A stretch of 64,000 nucleotides of DNA from Octopus vulgaris (lineage: Eukaryota), in assembly GCA_951406725.2 (NCBI GenBank), contig OX597821.1, positions 31,000,001-31,064,000 on the forward strand. The letters run 5' to 3'. Position numbers and translations under genes: made by a program. The notes under the pieces are model-generated. The model ran no database searches, was not told where the DNA came from, and was given only the letters and a program-made list of their open reading frames with translations. Below are positions 14,667 to 27,229 of this stretch, piece by piece. Positions within the stretch are counted from its first letter, which is position 1. Each line of letters opens with the position of its first letter.

Positions 14667-16025
14667 ATATATAAAAGAGAGAGAGAGAGAGGGAGATAGA
14701 TATATAGATGGATATAGATATAGTTATAGGTATAGATATATTTATAACACAGACTGATATCCGGCAAACACACAAATTAAAGGCACACAGGCACATACGC
14801 ACACATACACACATATTTATTCCACATTTGAATTTTTCTGTGCACACTCTGATTATATTCTTATTATAACTTTCTAAATAGCCTTTAGCGTAGATTTCAT
14901 CCAAATATATCTACCTATTTATAATGGAATGAAAAATCCTTGAATTAAAGATTTTTTCTTTATCCATATGAACGCTCGAAGGCAAATTCCGACGGCGTCT
15001 AATCATTGTTAATTGAATAAGCACTTTCCTTCGTTTGATATTTCCGAAGTATAATTTAATCAAGATTTCCAATAATATTGATAAATTCTTTAAGAGATTG
15101 TTAATTCAATGATTTTTTTTTCTTCTCTTTCTGTTCTTCGGTAACATGATTAAGCATTCCAATCTTTGAATTCTCTTGTAGAGATTACAGTATTTACATC
15201 AGTTAAATTTTCAATGTCTGTGTACTATTCGTTAACATCAAAGCCTTGTCTTTGAAGATGCGCTTTTGTTTTCCGAATACATTACATTAACTATTCTATT
15301 GAGGTTTTCAAAGAAGAACCATTAAGAAATGTTTAGATCTTTAGGTACACTCTTTTATGGTCTTGATTTTATATTCTACTTATAGGAATTGAAAATCTTC
15401 CACACCGTAAACATTTCTCAGAAAGAATTTTAACCCAAGGGTCATCAATCAAAGATGATTTTTAACACTTTCTTTCTTGTGTACAATAACTTCCACAATC
15501 ATATGAAATGCAGTTTGAACTCTAGGAAGTTCTGGAAAACTATTATTCTTTAATAACATATAACGATGCCGTTTATTTCGCTTTCGTTCATAGACAATAC
15601 TATCTAAAGTAATTACGCTATATTTAGTCCCTAAAGTGTATTAATATTGATATGATTGTTTCTAAAATTGAAATAGTTAGTCTGACATCTATTAATGCTA
15701 ACAAACAACTCTGTGCGTGTTATGAAATAAGTAAGGTCATCTTCTGTGGAACGAGCAAGAGATTTCATTACGTTGGTATATGATTGTTTGTTTTACTAAA
15801 ATGTTATAGTGGATGTGGGAAATATACAGCATTATTGCCTGCAAGACAATTCAAGAATGTACTGCCGACTGAATATTCAGTGATTGTCGAAAAAAAAAAG
15901 TATAAACGCTTTGACGTGCAGCTTTCGGTCAAAGAAATTTTGCGAAACGAGAAATGTAGAGAAAGCTAGTGTTTCATACATTCCTGTGTGATGTGTGTGT
16001 ATGTGTGTGTGTATGTGTTTATATC

Positions 16026-16255
16026 TATTTCTTTACTACTCACAAGGAGCTAAAGGCAGAGGGGACAAACAAAGATAGACAAAGGGATTAAGTCGATTAT
16101 ATCGACCCCAGTGCGTAACTGGTACTTAATTTATCGACCCCGAAAGGATGAAAGGCAAAGTCGACCTCGGCGGGATTTGAACTCAGAACGTAGCGGCAGA
16201 CGGAATACCGCTAAGCATTTCGCCCGGCTTGCTAACGATTCTGCCAGCTCGCGGC
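16026..16255 (-). mobile_element. Nin-domain-like tRNA-derived SINE, full length
   Basis: Reverse strand: gagctggcagaatcgttagc (A box-like), gagttcaaatccc (B box), gcctttcatcctttcggggtcgataaattaagtaccag (Nin-type core). Confidence 0.85.
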
Positions 16256-16865
16256 ATTTGTGTGTGTTTATATCGGTAGTGATCTACTTGCTCCGAGCAA
16301 TTAGCTCAGTAGCACTCCGGCGAGATATTGGCTGGGAAGGTAGTCAAAGGAATATCAATGATACTCGCTATCCACTTACCAGTCAATGAAATAAACAATG
16401 CAACATTCACTGATTAATTTATGACATTACGCACTAAAACTGTAGTAATTTAGGAATAGAAAGTGTAAGAAAGCACCGTCTATCAATTTTTATTGAAAAT
16501 TATTTAAAACTATAAAACGTCTTAGCTCTAACTCTAGAATTTAACACCGGGCAGGTTCATCTATATCATAAACATATCGTGCTCTCGGATGAATCGAAAC
16601 CGAATCATCTTAATAAATCCCGTTGTCATATTGTCATTAACAGAATTGCTAGAACATCTGACAGTGTGAAATTTTCTAAGAAGCTGATTATTATAAAAAC
16701 AGAAGTGTTTAGCAGAGCAGGGTATAATGCGAGAAGCAAGTATGTCTCAGACAAAAGTAGCTTATTCATATAAGCTAGTATCGGTGTTGATAGAAACACA
16801 GTTTATCACCAATATTAAAATATTAGTGACGAACTTAAAGATATTAACACATCCATATATAATTC

Positions 16866-17327
16866 GGATCTTTTCGGTTTGAACGGCAGTTTTTTCTAGC
16901 GGTGTCATATGAAAGTGTCACCCATAATTATGACCCTAGTATTTCAATTTTCTTTATTGTTAGGGTTAGTTAAGGTTTGTTAGGGTTAGTTAGGGTTAGT
17001 TAGGGTTAGGTTTAGGTTTAGGTTTAGGGTTAGGGTTAAGGGTGGGGGAAGGGTATCTTTTTTTCTTCAGAAATATAAATAAACCCAATCTGTTTCTTAA
17101 ACGAGGGACATATTCATACGGCAGAGAATGTTTTCACCTCAAATAGACGTCAGTGTTTGGTTTAAATTGCAGAAAAAGAAGAAAAATATTACTACAATCT
17201 ACAGAATTTTATCAATAAATCCAAGAGAAAAAGATGGTTTATAAACACATTCTACCAGTATTCGAAGTTTAAATTTTTTTAGTTACCTAGAAATTGTTAA
17301 AAACTATCGTTCAAACCGAAATGGTCC
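16866..17327. mobile_element. MITE with GG...CC terminal inverted repeats and internal TTAGGG-like tract (Merlin-like)
   Basis: TIR ggatcttttcggtttgaacg / cgttcaaaccgaaatggtcc; flanks tataattc / tataatag (degenerate 8-bp TSD). Confidence 0.75.
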
Positions 17328-17730
17328 TATAATAGCAACTAATAAAAATGTGAATATCTAGTCGAGCGTCTTCACAGAATACCTAAAATTAATATCAATA
17401 ATGGGAATGCAAAACATGAAGAAAAACATAAAACTTATAAAAACGACGTGAATAACGAAATTAAACAACAACAAAAAAAATAATAAACGGGAAGGAATGT
17501 GGAGTAAATTTAAATGCTAGAGTACTGAAATCGGGAACCAAGATTATGATGCATTAAAACTGAATGTAATCGAAGAATCAAAATTCATAGACGAATTTAG
17601 TTTGGTTCACCGACTATACCTCCCGCAATTTAGACTTATAATAAGAGAGCAACAACTATAATGAAGAATGGAGATAGAAGTAAAAATCAATATGACAAAG
17701 AAGGCTGAATAACATGATATATAAGGCAGC

Positions 17731-18367
17731 GGATCTTTTCGCTTTGACAGGCAGATTTTTAAAATAATTTCTTTGTAACTAAACACTTTTAAACTTCGTA
17801 TACTGGTAGAATGTATTGCATAAAACATTTTTTTCTCTTGGCTTTCTTGAGAAAATTCTGTAGTTTGTAAGCGATTTGTTGTTTAATTTCTTGCATTTCA
17901 GCAATTTCAACAAATCAATGACTCTATTGAGGTGAATACACTTTCTCCGGTTCTTTGTCAACAACATTTTTTGACGGTGTCATATCAATCTGTCACTGTT
18001 ATTAAACCTGCATACGTTGTGAACTTAGAATATGTGTTTATTAATAAAAGTTTAATAATGATAATCTTTTATTCATACGAACGTAACTGATATGAAATAT
18101 GTCGTAAATAACAGTAACAAACTGATATGACAGCGCATTGACAAACAACCGCAGAAATTGTATTCACCTAAAGAGACGTCATTGATTGGTTGAAATGAAC
18201 GAAATGCAAAAAATTTAACAAGAAAAAGCTTACAAACTACAGAATTTTCTCAAGAAAGCCAAGAGAAAAAGATGTTTTATGTAACACACTACCAGTATAC
18301 GAAGTTTAAAAGTGTTTAGTTACAAATAAATTATTTTAAAAATCTGCCGGTCAAAGCGAAAGGGTCC
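17731..18367. mobile_element. Foldback MITE with long TIRs, 8-bp TSD (Merlin-like)
   Basis: ggatcttttcgctttgac...gtcaaagcgaaagggtcc; inverted arms extend >200 bp; TSD aaggcagc / aaggctgc. Confidence 0.85.
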
Positions 18368-18559
18368 AAGGCTGCTTCTGGGACTCCAAAGGAAAGTGCA
18401 TACTACCTCAAATCCACCAGAATGCGAGTATCGAAGCAGAACTATGGAAAATTAATATCCAAAATAAGATAGAAATTCACAGAAAGGGCCTAACAATTCT
18501 TGATGGAATTATTCACCAAACAACACTACTAAACAAAAAGAATGGGTTACAACGAAAGT

Positions 18560-19000
18560 AATCGCAGTTGTTACAAGATCCATAGTACTGTCACCAACAG
18601 ATTTTCCGGTTACCTTCAGAGTGGTGTAACTACGATAGTTGCGTTTATTCAAATATCCTGTGAGGAGGAGGTCGAGATTTTAAGAAAGGCTCTCGATAAC
18701 TAAACGAAACTGCTTGCAACAGGGTATCAACGATATTGAATTCGCATGTAAAGCATTCGGGCACACCATGAATAATGATTACTTGTTGGAGTAACTAAGA
18801 TTAATTTGAGAGAAGAACATACTCAGAAATCTGCTTTATTGGGGGGCAACGAAGATTTTGAGATTGGTGCTTGGATGTTAAGTATCGTGGAAAAAGACAC
18901 TGTGAGTCTTCACAACAGGTCGTTGTCCGCTCTTACATCATTAGCCAGAGCAATTGAAATCGAGGAATTTTAGAGGTGAAATGACAACATCAAAAACACC

Positions 19001-19055
<55 letters not shown>
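18560..19055 (+). mobile_element. R4/Dong-like LINE 3' end with (AAT)n tail
   Basis: QKSALLG..TKILRLVLGC* near 18825-18880, followed by (AAT)n at ~19000-19055. Confidence 0.65.
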
Positions 19056-19279
19056 TGAACAACAAGAACAGCTATGATAACAACAACAATAAGAATAAGA
19101 TTAAAAATATGAATTCAATAAAAGGCGCATGGACACTAACAGGAGTTCATTCATGTATGGAATAATAGACCAAATACTCTCCATATATCATTATAAGAAT
19201 GCTCAACAGCCATGAAAGGAGAACATACAAATAATAACAAAGCAGGATGGGTTTCTATAATCAGAAAATATCCAACATA

Positions 19280-19492
19280 CTGGTTTCAAATATTGGTACA
19301 ACGTCATCAATTTCGTGAGAGGAGGTAAGTTGATTACATCGAACTTAATTATCAAATGGTGTTTATTTAACGACCTCGAATAGAGTAAAAGGCAAAGTCG
19401 GCCTTGGCGGAATTTGACCCATTGTACACAGACATTCAAAATGCCACTAAGCATTTTGACTGGCGTGCTGATGATTCTCCCAGCTCGCCGTC
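19280..19492 (-). mobile_element. decayed Nin-like SINE
   Basis: aaaggcaaagtcggccttggcggaatttgacc...tgattctcccagctcgccg. Confidence 0.65.
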
Positions 19493-19691
19493 TTATGAAT
19501 GCTTGGGCAGCACATGCATTTAAAAGCTTTTGGATAAAGCTCCAAATCTTTAAACCATAGGTATAGCGCAACGTTATATAATAGTGGAATATATAACTCA
19601 TAATTACCATCTGAATTATATAAGGGAAGGGGAAACGCTACGCCAATCAACACAATACAAAACAGAAGATTCACAGGAAAAAATACATATA

Positions 19692-20248
19692 GTGGGTTGT
19701 CCCGAAAGTTCATGCCGATATATTGTAGCTTACCTTTCGACTTATTTTAGAACATGGTGAGTCCATAAAATAGAATTTGAGTACACTTCCATTTAGGGCA
19801 CAGTTTAAGCTATCTTTTCGTGGAAGAAGGTTTATGTTCCTTTAACCTATGTTAATTCTGTAACCCTTTAAAATGGAAGATAAGAAAGTTCATTTTCGGC
19901 ACTTGATGCTTTGGGAACCAGACAAAAATGGCTGCAGTTCGGCTGGGATGTGTTACCCCCCCCCCACTTCATATTCACCAGATATTGCTTCTTCGGTTCT
20001 CCCCTTATTTGGGTCTCTGCAGTGGTAAAAATTTCAATTCCTTGGATTACGTATAAAGATACCTTGATGAATTCTTTGTTATGAAACGATCTCAATTCTG
20101 GGAAGACGGTAGTTTCAGATTAAAGGAAAGATGGAGACCCATTGTGCAACAAAATGGTTTATATTTGGTTGATTAAAATGTAATGGCAAGTATTTATTGA
20201 CCTTTTTCTTTCCTTTAAATATCGGCATGAATTTTCCGGACAACCCAA
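19692..20248 (+). mobile_element. Internally deleted mariner element
   Basis: TA-flanked TIRs tgggttgtcccgaaagttcatgccgat / atcggcatgaattttccggacaaccca; C-terminal ERWRPIVQQNGLYLVD*. Confidence 0.85.
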
Positions 20249-22794
20249 TACTTATAGCGTGATGGTGGTGTTCTGGTTTGTTTACTTTTATGCTCTTGAT
20301 TAAAATGTTATCAGCGCTAACATTACCATTCATCATTCTGGATACCGTAAATACGTCTACTATACAAGACGTAGAATTGATATGATGCAATATTTTCTTC
20401 ACTTAAATTCCTTACAATGTGCCAATATTACAAACAATTAAATATCGGTAGATTGGGAGAGACATTACCGTTAGCACCAAATTAAGCACGCGAATTGTAA
20501 AAGCAACGAGAGCAATCACTCAGCCTAACTAATTGCGAAATTTACCCCAGTATTGACCGGTGACTGACTCAGGGAAAAATTTCACAAGTCAGTCAGTGAC
20601 CGGCTGACACTCGATGACGATACGTCGAAGAGGCCGAGGAACAGAAGAAAGAAGAAAGAAGTCATGCACCCAACACCAGAGCTGAAGACACCTCAGAAAG
20701 GAGGGAGGGCACCATGTTACAACGGTAGAGGAGTAAGGGCCGAGACCGGACGTGGTTCCTCCTGATGATGTCTTGAGCTAACAGGATCCTATAAACGAGC
20801 TGCTGTGGTAGCAGACCACGAAACGCGGTTGTAATTCCCCACGACTCTTAGGAAATGAGAGGACATATGACATGAATGATACAAACCTTGGAGTGACTGC
20901 ATTGTCATGTTTGAAATCTTTTCGATCACAAGAGCTCGACTTGAAACATTGAAAATCTTTAGACATCCTCAAGAAGAAAATAGAAAAGACAAGCAGAACC
21001 ATTACTTATGGATGTGTAAGCAGAAAAATCAGATTTGTTAATCCTGTACCACGCAACCTCAGCAAACATAATTACAGCAGTGTCCATATTTGTGTGAAAG
21101 GTGTATGTGAACGTTGTGCATGTGCTTATATCAGGGAAGTCTCAAATTATGTTCAAGAAAGAAGTAATGTGAAATTGAAGTCATTCAACTTTACGCCGGT
21201 TTGTTTATATAGTTCACTTGATTTGCTTTGTAGTCTTCTAAAGTATTAATCTCTCCAGGCGATTGCATTTTAAGTGCTTTAACGTTGAGTTAGTCACTCT
21301 TTAGCTTCGTGTTTAAAAGCTGGTACTTTGAATATTTATGAAGTCTTTTAAGTGTTTTAGTAACTTTTAAGTATATATATTCTATAAGTATTCGTATTAT
21401 TTTAAGTATTTGTATAGGCATTTATTTTTATTAGTAGATACTAATTATCGCGAAGGAGTATTCTCATGTTGGTTATAAGTCCTTTATGCTGCACACTTTT
21501 CAAATACAGTTCAAAAATATCTTTCAAATTTCATATTAGATGTTTAAACGGTTTCTTACCATACACAAACACATCCTATATATTTTTCGTTCCAATATCT
21601 TTTGTTGTTATTGAATGACAGAAATCATTTCTGTATAGTATATATAAAGTTATTGAGATATTGATTGGGGTTTGTAAGCTTCAGTGCCAAGGACTCCAAA
21701 TTTGCTATCAAGATGTCTAAACTGTGAAATTCTTCGGTCGAAATACTATGGTCGCTGTGGATTCACAGGTCAATCAATAAACAGTCATTATTATTAAAAT
21801 ATCAGGCAAATTATTTCTAATGCTTCTGACTGTACGTATTTGAAAATCACAAACTAGAGTTACATTTTCTTCTTCAGTTAATGTTTCAATGTGATGTTTA
21901 CTCATCTTTCAACAATTTTGATTTTAAATTGCCGACACACTAACCAGTGTAGTTATTGGTCAACTCTGGCATGTCTTGATTCATACTCGACGGTTATCAC
22001 TATTTTTATTGCATGTGTGAGCAAAGCTTGCCATCACGTTGACACTGTGTTACAAATATACTAAATATATATACCCGTCTGCCACGCAAATCCATTAGTA
22101 ACATATGCGCGCGATATGGTGATCTGGTACAAAGATACGCGCATGACAATGTTGGTGGGTCCCAGTTAAATTTTCTTCTGGTTGTTTAGCCCATCCCACT
22201 CAAAAGCTCCCTGAATAAGATTTGCTTAAGGATGATGAACGAAACACCCATGTTTCCAGAGGTGAATTATTTAAACTCTAAGGAATTCGTCTCAGCACAT
22301 GGCTAGGATTCTCCCCAACTACTATTGCCCGTGATCAGAGATGGACATATCGTCAACCACCATATTATGAGTCACTACGGGAGATGCTCAACTGGCCAAG
22401 GAAATGCTCACTATTGTAAAGTTCAGTACAGAATCGTGATAGTAAGAATATATGTTGATGCACTTGAGATTGACATGAGTTTTAACAAACGGAAATAGAA
22501 ATCGAAACTTCGAAAATAATAGAGACTGAAATTGGAGAATAATCCAGGTAAGGACGTCTTAGTTCGTTCCAGTCTTGCTGGACAAATATTGTGGGTGGTC
22601 TCTGATAGAGGAGACCCACAATATTCAGAAAATATAAGTTGATGAAATCGGAATAACCAACAAATTTAACAACTTAAAGGTGAGGCCGATGTTCCATAGT
22701 TCATTCAAAACATTCACTATTCAGGGTTCTACAATATGTTGCTGAAGGAAATGGGATTTTGAAGTAAATCAGGAGTCTTAAGATATTAAGCTAG

Positions 22795-23010
22795 AAGGTG
22801 GCGACCTCCCAGAATCGTTCGCATACCCGTCAAACTTTTTTTTTAGCGTCTGTCTTTCCGTTTTGGGTTCAAATTCGGCTGATGTCAACTTCACGTTTGA
22901 CATTTCAAGATCGATAAAATAAACACCATTTGAGCACTGGTATAGATGTAATCGACTTACACCACCACTAAAACTTACTGGCCTTGTGTCAAATTTTGAA
23001 ACCAACATTA
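22795..23010 (+). mobile_element. decayed Nin-like SINE
   Basis: ggtggcgacctcccagaatcgttcgc...gggttcaaattcggctgatgtcaact...tcgataaaat. Confidence 0.65.
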
Positions 23011-23529
23011 ATTCCAAGGACAGAGATGTGAGAGTATCTTAGCGAAGGTGTTATTTCTGCACCCAATTATCCGACAAGTTCGCTTTCCTGGTGATTTATT
23101 TTTCAAAGAATTCACCCATTCATATTTTCATAGAATGTGTTTTTTTTATTTCATACCATGTTTCATATTTCTTATCCTGCATTTTACGATTAGCTTCTAT
23201 AGTATTGTTTTCATATTTCCCAAAGTACCATTCAGATACTTTTACCCATCTGAACTAGGTGAGAAACTAGAAAAGAGTTCTCTGGTATTCGTGACTCTCA
23301 CTTTTAATATTAGAATGTGAAGTTTCAGGAAGGATCCTTATCTAACAATGAAAAATGTTTGGAAATACTCGCTTCCTGATTTCACTTCCTTTTCTCTCTT
23401 ATATATATATATATATAATATATAATAAGGGCAAAATTAATTAATCAATTAATTAATTAATAATTAATAATTCCACCAAGTAGTGATTCGGTATGTAAAA
23501 GACCATTATCGGTAAATTTAAACAATATT

Positions 23530-23990
23530 TATTATAATAAGAGTTAGGCAAAAGAATTTGCTTCACCACACACCGAACTTTAGAAATAGCAGTAAAAAAA
23601 AAACTAGCTAAAAATCTAACTAGCAAAAAAACTAGCTACTGTAAGAAACAACTCCCAGACAATATATGCTCAAAAACGTATCACGTAGGCAGAGAAAGAA
23701 AACAATGAAGTTCACCTGGCATTAGATTAACTGTGTACGCGTTTCGAAATTAGTTAGATATGAAAAATGCAAGAATCGCATTTTCATTCTCACCACTTTT
23801 CCCATCAGCACAGTTAATCTAATGCCGGGTGAATTACGTCGTTTTCCTTCTCTGCCTACGCGATACGTTTTTCAGCATATATTTTCTGGGAGTTCTTTCT
23901 TACAGTAGAAAAAATAGTTTTCTTTTGGCTGCTATTTCTAAAGATCGGTTTGTGGGAAAGCAATTTCTTTTGCTTAACCCTTATTATAAT
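23530..23990. repeat. Foldback (inverted-repeat) element, ~180-200 bp arms, with a hammerhead motif at the centre
   Basis: Arms e.g. ggcattagattaactgtg / cacagttaatctaatgcc and tagaaatagcag / ctgctatttcta. Confidence 0.85.
23730..23814 (-). ncRNA. Type I hammerhead-like motif with long stem II insertion (A9>G)
   Basis: Reverse strand: actgtg CTGATGG gaaa...tttc GAAA cgcg TA cacagt. Confidence 0.65.
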
Positions 23991-24070
23991 AGGGCAGCGG
24001 ACTCGCGGTCGTAGGGTCGCGGTTTCGATTCCCAGACCGGGCGTTGTGAGTGTTTATTGAGCGAAAACAA
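23990..24070 (+). mobile_element. tRNA-like SINE head fragment
   Basis: agggcagcggactcgcggtcgtagggtcgcggtttcgattcccagaccgggcg (B box-like). Confidence 0.6.
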
Positions 24071-24354
24071 GATGATATACGAAATACAACACGGAATATG
24101 AACTTTTTGGGCGAACAACGAAAGAAACAAACGGAAAAAAGACAAGCAACACGAAAAAATGACCCTTCATCAGTTGTTGGCTATTTTTCTACTTTGTATT
24201 TGGAACATTTCACAGCCGTCCTCAAAATTATTCATTCAATAGGTTTACAGCGCCATATATCTTTCTTTAATTGTCAATACTTTATTGTACTTCTCATCAG
24301 AGGCGTCCACATCACTTTTACAATAAACTTACTTACATACATACACACACACAT

Positions 24355-24432
<78 letters not shown>

Positions 24433-24617
24433 AATATTAGGGAATAAATCCAAATTTACAGGGAAAAATCAGATTGAGGATTGAATCCAATTTTATAGTA
24501 AAATATTATATTATATTAAATTAGAGACAAAACCACTATTATGCAAATCAAACAAAGAAAGACTTAAGCCAATACATAAATTATTTATATAAATTTAGAA
24601 ATTTAACAATTATAAAT

Positions 24618-24678
24618 AACCACCACGATCGTTTCATGTCTTATTTCAGCACATCTTTGAAACATTCTTCAGGTGGTT
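24618..24678 (-). ncRNA. Type I minimal hammerhead ribozyme, cleavage triplet mutated to GUG
   Basis: aaccac CTGAAGA atgttt..agacat GAAA cgatcg TG gtggtt. Confidence 0.7.
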
Positions 24679-25590
24679 TCAAAACCTAAAATATAATCAA
24701 TATTTTAAGATATAAATAATCTATATAATCAAATAAAATTTACTTATAATAAACTCTATTGTTAAATATGATTATATCGAAATCGACTATAATGTTAATA
24801 GAAATATAGGGCTGCTTTATAAAATATCCGTGTCTATATGTATTTGTGTATGTATAGATATATATATGTGTGTGTGTGTGTGTTTACGTATTTATATATG
24901 TTTATTACATACATATAGTATATAGTATTTATTTAATACTATTTTACTAAGAATAATTATTTCTATAAGTATGTGGTTGAGTATCTGCGGCTATTGGATG
25001 TTATTTCTCCTCTGTGTTAGTGTCTTGCTGAGCGTATATGTTTATGAATGAGTGATTGTATGTATGTGTTTGTGAGTATGCATAAGTAATGTGTAGGGCT
25101 GCATTATAAAATATATCCGTGTCTATATGTATATGTGTATGTATAGATATATATATGTGTGTGTGGGTTTGTGTACGTATTTAGATATGTTTATATACAT
25201 ACATGTATATATGAGCATGAGCATGTGTATATATATTTTTTGTATTTTGAAATTAGCTATTTCATCATTAAATATGAGAAATTAAATATATTAGGTTTTC
25301 ATTATATACAATCGTTTATAGAGATTATTTTAGATCTTGATTATAATATTTCTATATATTTTCATTGATAATTTATATATATTAGTCATTTCAAATATCT
25401 ATTTAAGTAGATATAGACTAAAATGGATATAAGAATATGGATTTTCTACCTTATAAATTAAAGTTAATATTTAACATTATAGTCGATTTCGATATAATCA
25501 TATTTAACAATAGAGTTTATTATAAGTAAATTTTATTTCATTATATAGATTATTTATATCTTAAAATATTGATTATATTTTAGGTTTTGA

Positions 25591-25651
25591 AACCACCTGA
25601 AGAATGTCTCAAAGATGTGCTGAAATAAGACATGAAACGATCGTAGTGGTT
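25591..25651 (+). ncRNA. Type I minimal hammerhead ribozyme, canonical core
   Basis: Stem I aaccac/gtggtt, CTGAAGA, stem II atgtct/agacat, GAAA, palindromic stem III ACGATCGT, GUA cleavage after 25645. Confidence 0.88.
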
Positions 25652-25752
25652 ATTTATAATTGTTAAATTTCTAAATTTGTATAAATAATTTATGTATTGG
25701 CTTAAGTCTTTCTTTGTTTGATTTGCATAATAGTGGTTTTGTCTCTAATTTA

Positions 25753-25806
<54 letters not shown>

Positions 25807-25889
25807 TATGTATATAAACTTACTTGGAGAAAAGAAACGAAACGACGCGAAGGCGCTCAGTCATATAATAATTTAATAAATAAAATATA

Positions 25890-25994
<105 letters not shown>

Positions 25995-26019
25995 ACGAGA
26001 ACGGGCCTCAAATATGAGA

Positions 26020-27200
26020 ACGGGATCGTTGGCTACGTTGGGGACCAAATATTTTCACAATTCGCTGGTCTCCCTCCTGAACTATAAGGTCATTATATTG
26101 ATGATTGTATCGATGCCACCTCATTCTCCTGCGAACAACTAGACTCTTTCTTCTCTTTTGTCCAATCCTTCCATCTTGCTCTCTAATTCTCCAGCATTAT
26201 TTCTAACAATACCGTCACATTTATCGACATTTCAATCAACATATACTACTTCACTCTCACTACCTCTATCCACTACAAACACACCAACTCACACTCATAC
26301 CATGACTTCTCCCCCCACCTTACCAACACTAAGCTCTCCATCCCCTACTCCCACTTCCTCTGTCTGCGCAGGCTCTGCAGTGAAAACCATTACATTGGGA
26401 CTCAGTTTCAACTCATGGCGCTCCACTTCCTCCATCGTATATCCTCTCAGAACTATCCACACAGCTCTTGGCAGAGCACTTCAATGGGCCGTACCTCAGC
26501 TCTGTCTCTCCGCACCCACTCTGTCGTTGCCCGTCTCCTGTTTCCACTCACCTACCACCCCTCGAACATACAATTCTCCGAGCCTTCCGGCGACATCCGT
26601 CCTACACTTACACCTCGCAAATCTTCCCCAACTTACTCTTTCCTTTTTTCAAACGAGCCCACCACATGCGTGACTTCCTGGTCCACACTTTCTTCCCTAG
26701 CACCACCTCCAGCCTGGCTCGTTCACCCACTCCCGCCCACATTGCAGCAGTTGTCCCTATCTCTCCAACACCACCATCCTCACAGGCATCAAACATTGAC
26801 CCTATCACTTTAACGACTCATTTACCAGCACTTCTAGCAACGCCATTTACTACATCTCCTGCTCTGTCTGCCCTTCTCTGTACATCGGTCAAACGGGACG
26901 CCGCTTGGCTGACCTATTCGCAGAGCAGCTCCGAAACATCGAACTCGGCAATGACACCCAAGCTTCGCGCCATTTCCGCTCTACCGGCTCATTCCTTATA
27001 AAACCTGTCTGTGTTCGGATTGTCTTTTCACAGGGGCCATCCGGACTCCCGCCTTCACCGTGAACTGGAATTAATCTTCTCTCTTCGCTTCTTTGCGCCA
27101 TATGGGCTCAACTCCCCACCTCTCTTCATCTGACTCTCCTACTCTGCTCTCTTCCTCTCTTCACTCCTACCCCACCTTCTCGCTTCCTTCCACTCTCACC
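26020..27200 (+). mobile_element. Penelope-like element remnant (C-rich family), RT end + GIY-YIG
   Basis: HYIDDCI near 26090; NAIYYISCSVCPSLYIGQTGRRLADLFAEQLRNI near 26840-26940. Confidence 0.88.
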
Positions 27201-27229
27201 CCAAACTCCAATTTGTGGTGTTTTTTTTA

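Larger units (their letters stand above)
24505..25763. repeat. Inverted pair of ~295 bp HHR-bearing units (24505-24798, 25471-25763) flanked by (TA)n
   Basis: Near-identical reverse-complement arms; the spacer contains a ~110 bp direct repeat (~24805 and ~25095). Confidence 0.9.

Noticed and set aside
16960-17042. Telomere or chromosome-fusion site
   Set aside because: Short, degenerate and enclosed within MITE TIRs
26158-27001. Ser/Pro/Thr-rich ORFs resembling mucins
   Set aside because: Alternative frames of a C-rich Penelope remnant
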